Shown piece after piece: positions 9,330 through 19,988 of a stretch of DNA of 64,000 bases; within the stretch, counting starts at the first letter, position 1, and each line of letters starts with the position of its first letter. Position numbers and translations under genes: made by a program. The stretch is from positions 34,348,001 to 34,412,000 of the forward strand of contig NC_088855.1 of the NCBI RefSeq assembly GCF_963853765.1, written 5' to 3'. The notes under the pieces were generated by a model. That model did not search any database and was not told where the DNA came from. It saw only the letters and a program-made list of their open reading frames with translations. Origin of the DNA: Magallana gigas. Lineage: Eukaryota.

Positions 9330-12300
9330 ATGATGCTGGGCCTTCTGTTTGTTTCCCTGTGCGTTGGATTCTTGGGACTATCTTTGGCACTTTTGGAACC
9401 AATCCCGTTTCCTGCAAGTCTTCAAGAATGTTACGAATACCGCTCTTACAACATGACACCATCATTTGAAGCTGCCCATCAAATTCAGCAATATTGCTAT
9501 AGAAATTTTGAATACCAGCAAATTGCCTCTGGGAAAGTCTGGAGTGGTACAAATATTACAATACAAGGTATTAACTACATAGATAGCTTATTCCGACAAA
9601 TTTTTCGAGAAGTTGAGGAGATGGAAAGACAAAATAAAAACGGAAGACGTACGAAAAGACAAACTATTGGTCGAAGATACAGACGGGAAGTGAGGAGTCC
9701 CGGAGCCTATCAGCCATTCGCAGATTGCATAGTGCGACTCCAGAATCAGGTGAATTTATATTTATTTATTTTTTTATTCATTAAGATTTTGTCATTTTTC
9801 GAAACGTTAATAATTAATTATTTATACTGAATTCAAAACTTGAATTCAAAAATTGTTTTTGTTGAATTATTATTTTCTTACATACAATAAATATGCGAAA
9901 ACATATGAGAATACATTTTCAATTCGGTATTACGATAAATAATTTAACGTTCAGGAACTTTATATTTTTTTTTTTGTAGTTTGTAGAACGGGAAGAAACG
10001 GGAAGAAACACATACCAGACATTAGCTGCATTCCACTCCGGTCAAGCTCTCCGGACTGCCCACGGGGGACCGGGATTCGCACCATGGCACAGGATCTACT
10101 TACTTTTGTAAGTTTAGTTCTAAATGTTAATTGTGTTAACTTTGAGTATGATAAGTTCAAATATCCTTGGGTTTTGTGAAAATTGCAAGCATCATGTCTG
10201 CATGTAGAAAATATCATATCTTATTACAATCACGGTGTAAGGTAAGATTTTTTTTAATGATAAATATTTTCTGAATCTCACATTTTAAAGGCTTCTTTTT
10301 TTGCAGACTTGAGACAGCTTGCGGTGCACCAATTCCCTACTGGGAATCTGGATTGGATCACGATATGGAGGATCCAACAGAATCCATCCTATGGAGTGAC
10401 GATTTTTTTGGAAATGGGAATGGAGTCGTCACGACGGGACCATTCCGAAGCATGCGTACAATTCTCGGCGGTCCAATCATTAGAAACTATGGTACAGGTA
10501 TGTTCACAGTGTCTATGCTACCTGTACATTCACCTTTTTCTCTATATTAATCTTTGGTTTTTTTTTAAATGGAACGTTTCCATCTGATGGTATCTCTTCC
10601 ATGATTGAAATGCACGATAGCTCGTGCTTTCACAAGATGAAACTCAAATCTCTAAGTAGAATTCCAAAAATTATGTGGACTTTTTATCATTCAAAATTGA
10701 AATATTATATTGAAAGATGTTCAGCAATTCACAATTCAAAATTGTGATATTTCTATTATAAATGGTCTCTTCGGAATCTTTTTTAAAAAGACTAGTGGTT
10801 TAATAATACAAATGTATCTAAAAAAAATTATACCAAGAGAAGTAATTGATTCTCTTATCTTGTTTTTAGATACCATTTATCTGTGTAAATTTAAAGCAAA
10901 TTACTTCATTGCGAGTGTGTGAGAAACAAATTCAAATTGGGTCTATGATCGCCCAAAAGTTACAATATTATATGAAAATTTCATACCAGATGTTAAGGTG
11001 GAATGGGACCCTCCCTATTGTGGCGAACTTCCGATCGAAATAAACAATAACACCAAGCATAATTTTATTAACTTTTTCTTTTTCGAAATTGTTACCTAAC
11101 CACGTAGCGCACTGGGCCAGAGCGTTAACTATGAATCTGTAAGTCATGAGTTCGAATACCGCTGGGGCATTAATTTATAATTTTTTCTTTTCCAAAAACA
11201 TTTAAAACATATTTTTTGGTGAAATATTTGATTATTATTTACTTTAATTCACACTAATATCGACAGGTGTCGCATACCACCTTAGCAATTGGTAGAATTC
11301 TTAAATATACCAATTGTAGGATTTTGATAATGCACATTGCTTATTTTATCATATCATATGACTTAAATTAGAGGTAAAGTCTTAAAGTTTTCTTGATACT
11401 TTAATTGAAAACTTGACCGTGCAAAGTTTTGTTCAGTAGTTATCCACCAACCGTTTGACGTTACAATACACCGTATGCATAATTCAAGTACACAACATTG
11501 ATAATTTTTATAAAAACACTTTTAATATGCTTATGTTTTAGGTGAGGGTGCTTTGTTTACAAAAACTGGTTATAATGCAGTTTTGAGCCGAACTAGATAC
11601 GACGACATTTCTGAACCAAAACAAGGAGCAGCGTATTTCTTCACCCTTGAAGGGCATCACAACGGTCCCCATACTTGGACCGGAGGCCATCTTGCTAGGC
11701 CCAACTCTGCACCTTACGACCCGGTGTTTTACATGCACCATTCATATGTCGATGCTGTTTATGAAGCATTCCGACAAAGGCAAAGACAAAATGGTATTAA
11801 TCCGGAAACAGATTATCCGGTAAATACTCCCCCTGGGCATGGATTTGATGACCTGATTGATTTCCGCCCATATATTAATCAAATCACAAATAGATATGCT
11901 ATGTCAGATGCTGTTGCTAACCTCGTCACTTATGAACCATTTGCCAACTGTAGGAATCGGTGTAACGGAAGTCCTCATTTGTACTGTCAAAACGGTGTTT
12001 GCGTGTCGCGCAACCGACCAACAGCTGCCCCATCTGGTGCATTTGTATTTGGCGATAGTGACCGCGCATTTAGGAGAAATCAAGAACGAATGAGATTCGC
12101 CGAGGCTGCCGGACCAATCCCTGCAGGGGAAAAGTTCCGCACTGCGCCGTTAAGGGATATTCGAAACCAAGAGGATAGATTAGGAATAGCCCCAGTGGCT
12201 CCAGAAATCCAGGCCGCCAGTATGCAAGTCAGAGAAGTTCAAGCTCGATTCAGGCGCGACGTTTCTCACCTGTCGAAGAACGAATCATTGCACCATGGTA

Positions 12301-12902
12301 GTCATCAGTCGATAAGTTCCATTGGACGGTCTTATACCAATAGTTTTATACTGGATGGAGTAGTCGATCAAAAGCGATGGGTGTATGTACCAGTACGTAT
12401 TGTGTACACTAGGTCTCCAAATGTCAAAGGAACCGACCCAACATTACTTGGAAATTCCGAACTTCAGAACGACGTTTGCCAAACAGCTCATTCAGGTGCT
12501 TCAAAAGTGTTTGTAGCCTCTGATGGCCTGGATTATTATGGAAACTACAAAGAGTTTGCCATTATAGACGAAAGACAACCAGTGTCTGTCACTACGACAG
12601 CAGTCGGGATCAAGAATCCAGAATTCGGGGAAGGAGAAGTGTTGTTCACTTCGTACGATTCTTGTGGTCGGCCATGCCGCCCTCTGTGTCTGACGTCAGT
12701 CAACGGTCAACAGAAATACAAGGCTTGCTCTGGAGCCTTCAAGATCTCCTCTGCTGCTCCCACATTGTACAGAAACTCGTACAAAGAAGCCATATCAGTC
12801 AGTCTGTCTTCATACAATCTGGTTGATTCTTCTTTGGATGACGCTTCACCTCCAGTGACATTTGTTTGCGGAAATGATAATGCATGGCCATGGGTTTATT
12901 AA
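9330..12902 (+). CDS. Secreted tyrosinase-like protein, paralog 1 (type-3 copper oxidase), ~699 aa, 4 coding exons
   Basis: Exons 9330-9749, 9980-10107, 10307-10497, 11542-12902. All introns are GT-AG with phases 0/2/1; total 2100 nt in frame. Signal peptide MMLGLLFVSLCVGFLGLSLA; CuA HSGQALRTAHGGPGFAPWHR; PYWE...FFGNGNG; CuB EGHHNGPH...YDPVFYMHH. AATAAA at 12956. Confidence 0.95.
10997..11281. mobile_element. Non-autonomous TTAA-type (Kolobok-like) DNA element in the last intron of paralog 1
   Basis: TTAA|GGTGGAATGGGACC ... GGTGTCGCATACCACC|TTAG. A second copy with shared internal sequence lies at 60623-61011. Confidence 0.75.
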
Positions 12903-14224
12903 TTTAACACAAATGCATGGTGGCTTGTACATGAACATGTATATTAATGTTTATAAATAAAGATTAGTTGCAGACATTCATACATATGGATTGTAACAGT
13001 TTTAGAAATCAGGAAGATGTAATTACAGAGTCTAAAGCCATTGTTGACAAAGGACTATGTAATATACAATTTGCCTGCGAAGAAGAACAGCTTTAAAGAG
13101 TGTGTGATGTGAACAATGTCGTTTGTTTCCTGTATTTTATGATTCTTTTTGTTACCTTTTGAAATATAAAAAAGGGACTTTGACAGAAAGCAAGTTGAAA
13201 ATATTAAATTCGTAACTCTTAACATTACGTGAAGCAGTTTTAATATGCCAAGGCCACCCAGAAGGGAATAAAGAAAGTAAAACAAACAACATTTTCAAAC
13301 AAAGGATTTTATTTAATTCCATCAATACAAATACAGTAAATATTCAAACAATCTCTTTAATAGTGATCTTTCCTGATAATCCTATTTAGTGTCTGATTTA
13401 TAGTTCATAATGTGCTCTAAACATTTCAAATTTAACAATATTATAATATTTTAGAATCATCAAACTAAACAAAAATCAAATTTTAATAGAGTTTTGTTTG
13501 GGCCCCAATCCTGTTAAACTTGCGCGCGCGGGTTACGTTAAAAGTAGAACTAACTTTGGACAGTCTAATTGTAACACACAAAATATGTCCGCATCCATTC
13601 TCACGTTGTTTAAAATGTCAAAAATGAAAAATAAAAATATATTGAAAACATTAAAAGTCAGTTCTACATGTGAACATCATTTTCAACATTAGCGTTAATG
13701 TACATAAAATCACCCTTTTCCAGTTAGTTGTGCAAGTGGATTTTTTTTTTATCAACAAGTCACAAGATAATGGCAAACCTAATTGGACATAAAAAAATGT
13801 TTAAAACTATTACACTGAAAAAAAAAATTATGATACAAAGAATAATATATTGTATAGTATGGTTTATGTAATTTAAATTTGTTTCGGATTGAGTAAGTTT
13901 CCGCTTATAGCAAGGTAGAGCCATACTTTTGCGCATTTTGGCTAATATAACTTTTGCTATTTAATACATCCAATTACTTGGTCGTGAGAATGTTTTCTGC
14001 TTGCTAATGATTAATTGTGAAACGATATTTTAAGCATGGAGAGTATGCATTTGAACACCTGTGGGCATGTTCACGAAGCTATCTTAAGTCTAAGATATGT
14101 CTCAGACATCACTTAGGACACGTCTTAGTCCTAATTCAATTTCTTGAAGCCGTCCTATTTTAGGACATGTCTTAAAAAATATCTTAACTTTAAGACATCC
14201 TAACAGGTGTCTTAACTAGTAAAA

Positions 14225-15246
14225 ATGGCTGTCGCCTATTACAACTACATAAGAAGAAGAAACCCAAACCTACATCGCGAGCGCATATTTCGAGATATCG
14301 ACAACCCGCTTGATTACCTAGATGACACAGATATCGTCTGTAAGTACAGACTGCCCCGTAATATTATAATAGACCTTTGTGGACGCTTCAATCGTGACCT
14401 GAGACGACCTACATTGAGGTCACGCCCACTACCCGTATCGCTCCAAGTGATGGTAGCTTTGAGATTTTACGCCTCCGGCAGCTTCCAAGCCGTTCTAAGT
14501 GATGTGCACAGAATATCCAGACATAGAGTGTCTAGAATAATTAATGATTTTACTGATTGTTTAGTGAGACTTTCTCCTGAGTATGTTAAAATGCCTACCC
14601 AAAACGACTCGCAGGCTTCCCAAATGTCATAGGTGCAATCGATGGGACCCATATTAGAATAAAATCACCATCTCTTGATGAACACTTGTATGTAAATAGA
14701 AAAAACTACCATTCCATTAATGTGCAGGCTGTGTGTGATTCAAAGCTTAGATTCGTGAACATAATCATTGTAGCAAAATGGCCAGGCAGCACAAACGACT
14801 CTTTCATTCTAGAAAACAGTGCGTTGAAAGATATGTTTGAGAGGGGTGCAATTCCTGAGGGGTGGCTCCTTGGGGACAGTGGCTATCTCCTGCGGCCTTG
14901 GCTGCTCACTCCAGTGCTGAACCCAACAACCAGACCGGAGGAGAGATACAACGCGTCTCACATCAGGACAAGGATTACCGTGGAACGCAGCTTCGGAGTC
15001 CTAAAATCAAGATTTAGGTGCCTCGACACAAGTGGAGGATCTCTCTTTTATTCACCCACGAAGGCATGCAGAGTTACGGTGGCTGTTGCAGTTCTGCACA
15101 ACATGTGTATTAACAATGGAGTCCCCATTCCGGCGGACTGTGTCGATGCCCGTGACAGAGGACGAAATGGGCGCCCCCAGTACATTGGTCCCATCAATGA
15201 CGGAGTGACAGTGAGAAACAGACTCATCAACAGACGATTTGCTTAA
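14225..15246 (+). pseudogene. Harbinger (HARBI1-like) DDE transposase, frameshifted by an apparent internal deletion near 14610
   Basis: Frame 1 has KYRL...LQVMVALRFYASGSFQ...VSRII. A different frame from 14611 has AGFPNVIGAIDGTHI...NRKNYHSINVQAVCD...WPGS...LLGDSGY...RITVERSFGVLKSRFRCL...LHN. All three D-D-E motifs are present, but the frame changes between the two parts. Confidence 0.9.
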
Positions 15247-15430
15247 ATTTGTACATTATCTATTTTATCATATTGATATATGTTTTTAATACGCCATTAT
15301 GCATAAATACATGTATAATAAAATTTTTGAGCAATTTGTATTTATTTTATCTAATTTTACATGAAGCAAAAAAAAGGAAAAAAAAGAAGAAAGAACGAAC
15401 GAACACAGAGAGTCAATCTGATGCAAGAAT

Positions 15431-16327
15431 TTATTCAACGTTGGTAAAAGTTACCCCCATGCTGGAGAGGTACACTTGATGTTTTTGTTGTTTGATTAAA
15501 AGTTTAGCTCTTTCAATTTCTAGCAGTTCCTTCTGAACGTTCAGTTTCTCCCTTTCAATCTGCATTAATTCTTCTTGGAAACGCAAAATATTTGCTCCAT
15601 AAGTGTCCTCTGGCTGTTTAACACCAGTGGAGAGTCTACTGCTACGTGATTCCTGCTCTGAAAGTAATAATATTAAAATTATCATATTTACATTTTACAT
15701 AATGATTCATTGATTTTATTGTATAAGCATTTTTAAAATCAAAATAAATAGTTATATAAACAACGTCGACCTCTTGTTATCTATATATGTTTAATATAAC
15801 ATCTTATTAAAATAATAATTAGATAATTGTTTACACTTACCGTGATCAAGTCTAGGACTCAATGCAGCCTCAACTACCGGTACATCAGCTGATTCGCTCA
15901 TATTGGATGGACCGGGGGTTGCGGTACCGAGTTCTTTCTCCCCTCCAACATCAATACCCCCAGGCATTCCGTCAATGGTCGTGTCCCCAATTATACCTAT
16001 CACCGACTCCTCAAGAGGCGTCAGATCAGCCGGCGGCGGTCCTCCTCCAGTCTTTTGTAGCTCTCTTCTTTGTTTTGCTGCTTTTTTCTTTGTTTCTGAC
16101 ATGTATGTTGTCCATTTCTTTTGTATCTCATCCATATTCCTGGCATGTCCGGAGGAGTTGCAGGAATTGACTTTTTCGCAAATTGCCTCCCATACTCGCT
16201 TTTTTGTGTTGTTTGTCGTTACCGTCGAAAGTTTCGAAAACAAGACTCCTTTGCATTTCTCCCCTTCTTTGAGAATGATTTGAATTTCAGCCTCAGAAAA
16301 GTTAGGATTTCTTTTTCTTGATGACAT
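15431..16327 (-). CDS. Harbinger Myb/SANT-like (trihelix) DNA-binding protein, ~237 aa, 2 exons
   Basis: Exon 16327-15841 (donor GTAAGT) plus exon 15657-15431 (acceptor TTTCAG), phase 1, 714 nt in frame. N-terminus RKRNPNFSEAEIQIIL...VWEAICEKVNS...EIQKKW...KTGGGPP; C-terminal E/K/L/Q-rich predicted coiled coil. Confidence 0.88.
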
Positions 16328-16656
16328 GGCTATGGTTCACTCGCTTAACATGTATAATGTAATGAATAGGCACTGGACAGAACTGGACGCACGGATAATT
16401 TAAGACTGGTGCGAATTAAAACCAATTACCAATATCATTGGCTGATCATATAAAAACATAAACAAGGTACACTTGCTTTTACAAGTCTATGTTGACTGCT
16501 GTGTGAACCATTCATTTACATACATTAGCTTTTCTTAAAAGTATTTATTTACATGTTAAAATTCCATAACATTGAAGACAATAACTTACATTTATTGCAT
16601 TAAAGGCAGATAAAAAATCCAAAAGAACAATAATGTAGTGAATGTTTGACAAGAAA

Positions 16657-16668
16657 TCTCTCTCTCTC

Positions 16669-16722
<54 letters not shown>
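16657..16722. repeat. (CT)n microsatellite inside the Harbinger element
   Basis: Dinucleotide run. Confidence 0.97.
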
Positions 16723-16725
<3 letters not shown>

Positions 16726-19700
16726 AGATCGGGTGGGAAAGGGATGGGGAAGAATATGAAGTTCGGGAGTTTTCGTAAAGTTGAAANNNNNNNNNNNNNN
16801 NNNNNNNNNNNNNNNNNNNNNNNNNNNNNNNNNNNNNNNNNNNNNNNNNNNNNNNNNNNNNNNNNNNNNNNNNNNNNNNNNNNNNNNNNNNNNNNNNNNN
16901 NNNNNNNNNNNNNNNNNNNNNNNNNNNNNNNNNNNNNNNNNNNNNNNNNNNNNNNNNNNNNNNNNNNNNNNNCCCTTCCCCCGCTTCGTTACAACGCTTA
17001 TACCGTAAATCAATAACGACCAAATGCTCAACACACTGCACAGTTTATATAAAACTTATGTGAAAATTTATATTAAGACGATTTTATTTACTCTATTTAT
17101 GATATATGTGCCTAAATTATGTTTTCTGATTGAAAAAATACATTCCAAAGTATAGAACAGTATTTTGTTTTTGAACAGGACACGTCTGAGATAGCTTCGA
17201 GAAACATCCTAAGATATGTCTCAGATTGGTCATAAGATTCGTCTTAAGATATGTCTTATGACATGTCTTAAGACGAATCTTAAGATACTTTCGTGAACAT
17301 GCCTACTGTTCATTTATGTTTTCCCTGTGAAATATTCAAAACCTTTCTCAACAAATATCTCTTTTGATTTTTAGAAATTATAACTTTCTTGTTACTTATT
17401 GTTTTGTTGTTTTTTGGGGGTTTTTGGCCATACAATTGGTCTTAATTTAATAAAATATGGGGTAATGTTTCTTTGTTTTAAACATGGTTGTTATAATGGG
17501 GGTGGGGTAACATAATTTGAAATCTAGTGTATAAAAAATAGAACGCACAATTTTATCTCGCATGAAGATACCTTTATGTTGATTTAAGTTGACTTGTATG
17601 AAATATTCTAATTTTAAAAGAAATAATTGAATTGACGAAAATTAAAAAAAAATAAAACTAGCTGTATGTTAATATCAACGAAATGCCAAATAACGGGCAC
17701 ACTAAAATTTGTAATAATAAATGTAATAACAACTGTTCAGGTTTTTTTTAATCATCATTCAAGAACTGACAAATAAACAAACAAGAACCATTTAAAACAA
17801 GAGCTTGGACTTTGGGTAGCTGTGTCAAATAGCAATGTGACGAAGGCCTGTCTAATTCATTGCTTGACTCTTTGAAATCAACAAGATTTGTCTTGCTTTT
17901 GACAACTTTGATACGGAATCGATGCATATTTCGCTTGAAACCGCGTCATTTTTAAGTTTTTTTAAAGCAAGGAATAGATAGCTACGCCCTACTGAAAGTC
18001 CAAGGTCTTGTTTTTTATCTATACATATCAATTCAATACGTAAATTAGAAATTAAAAAAAAATTAGACTTATTGCATTTAATGGAAAATTTCCTTGCAGA
18101 CACACGTAGAAAGTAACGCCAATCTTAAATCGATATTATAATACATACACATATGTATATGTTCTTTGTGTATAGCCTTGGTCACAACTGGCCAACTTTG
18201 GAAGGGCGTATGTTTCCCATAAGCACGCACGGTGGCTGTTGATCATGCACAAGAATCACCACGGTTTCCTTGCGAGATCTGAAAACGTACGCTGCACTTG
18301 CGCTTCACTCAAGGAGCCCATAAGATGACAGTACGATTTCATATTTCTCGAATGACGTAAAGAGATCTCACTTGCCTCTTGCATTATACGAGTAAACGTA
18401 CTTCACACTTACGTCATGCTTACACCAATTGCTCGATGTTCGTGCGAATTAATTGCCCATTATCAATATTTTTTATTTAAAAAAAATGATAATGAAAAAA
18501 TGTCCATAAGGATAAGAGAATAAACACTTTTACAATTCAACAAAATCAAATCAAAGGTTCTAATATTAAACCCCCTTCTTAAAACGAAAATCAAACAAAC
18601 AAATGTGTTCTCTTCTTTCTTTTTTTTTACCAAAAAGATGGAAGGCAAAGACGAAGAACAGGACAAGAATGAACTAAACATTGAAGTAAATATAAAAAGC
18701 AGTAGAAGTAGAGAAAGGCCATATTAAGATTTCCCAAACATATTTTGTAAATTTATATGTATGGTTTTGTGATGAATATCGATTTTAATAAAAGATAAAA
18801 AAAAAAAAAAAAAAAATCTTCGACCTGCAAGAGTGCTCAGATTAAATTATAGACAATTTTTGGATTAAGGAGAGGAAAAATGAATTATACGCGCAGAGTG
18901 ATATTTATAACTAATGTAGGAAGCGTAAATGATGTCACCATTTTAATAACATTTGTAAAGCAAAGTAATTCGATGTGACTTTTTTTTTTTACTTTCAATT
19001 AAAAGTTTCGTCAAAGTTTGGGTTTTTTTCCCGAAGATATTGTACAGTTCAAAAAATAAATAAAATTGTAAAACAATTTATTATTCATATAATATAATAT
19101 TGTCGAGAAAAATTACCAGCTGATACTGATTTCGCTAAAATTAGATTTTTGCATAGATTTTTCTCTAGATTTTAGATAAGTTTTCCATTTTTTATGGTAT
19201 AAGATACAAAAGAAAAATTATATCGTATATCAGGTTTTTTCCGCGTCATGTTTTTTCCGCGATTCAGAACCTAGAACGGTATATAAAATTTACGCGAATC
19301 AAATTTTCACTATTTCAAAGTCATAGTGAAAATATAATTCAAGATTGTTTAAACCTGTGAAGTAAGATGGTAAAGGTATCTAGATTGCCGCTTTTTGTAA
19401 TGAAAAATTCGGACAATTAAACCATTTACACGATTTCCTTAATGTTGAATAATTACCGATAATTATTTTCAGAGACGCAAACAGTCATAGATAAATAGAT
19501 CATATAAGTATAATTAGACATCGGTTTACGCAATAAAAGCGAACGTTTTAATTAGTTTGTCAATGGGTTATTAAATAAACTACGAGGCTTACATACCTGT
19601 TATCTGGCGCTTGTCCTCCGATCCCGCAATTTCTACTCTAAACTTCATTGTACTTTTACATACCTCTTTACTTCAAAAGGAGAGAGAGAACTATATCATA

Positions 19701-19988
19701 AGAACAACACTTTGTATAACATTTACGGTGATATATTTTCCGCGATTCGGCAATCGTCATGAACAAAGCAGAAATTGGATACACGCGGAAAAAACCCTGA
19801 TATACGGTATATTTCAAAACATTCTTCATTTGTGTCGACCAGTTTAGCTAGTCTAATAAAAAAAAGCAGCAATTACAGAATAATAGTCTTCTTTATTTAC
19901 GTGTTATTTTGACGTTTCAATATGTTCTTGCCTACGGTAGATATATTTCAGTACAATCTAGAGAAAAAATATTCTTTCTCTAAAGTGT

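Larger units (their letters stand above)
14062..17305. mobile_element. Full-length PIF/Harbinger DNA transposon (~3.2 kb, contains an N gap)
   Basis: TIRs TGGGCATGTTCACGAAGCTATCTTAAG / CTTAAGATACTTTCGTGAACATGCCTA. CTG duplication at 14059-14061 and 17306-17308. Convergent DDE transposase and Myb/SANT genes; palindromic subterminal repeats. Confidence 0.93.

Noticed and set aside
11104-11167. Possible tRNA gene
   Set aside because: A/B-box-like motifs are present but I could not fold a cloverleaf. It lies inside a TIR element and recurs in degenerate form at ~60729.
14581-14614. Small GT-AG intron (GTATGT...CGCAG) that might repair the transposase frameshift
   Set aside because: It is only 34 nt, and splicing it gives GAG CTT CCC, which does not restore the GFPNVIG frame.
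15862-16321. Plus-strand ORFs overlapping the Myb gene; similar antisense or alternate-frame ORFs over the tyrosinase exons and at 48393-49305 and 59081-59311
   Set aside because: They are shadow ORFs of GC-richer true coding sequence, with no recognisable motifs.
14225-16327. Domesticated host HARBI1/NAIF1-like gene pair
   Set aside because: Intact TIRs, a CTG target duplication, subterminal arrays and a frameshifted nuclease indicate a transposon copy, not a host gene.
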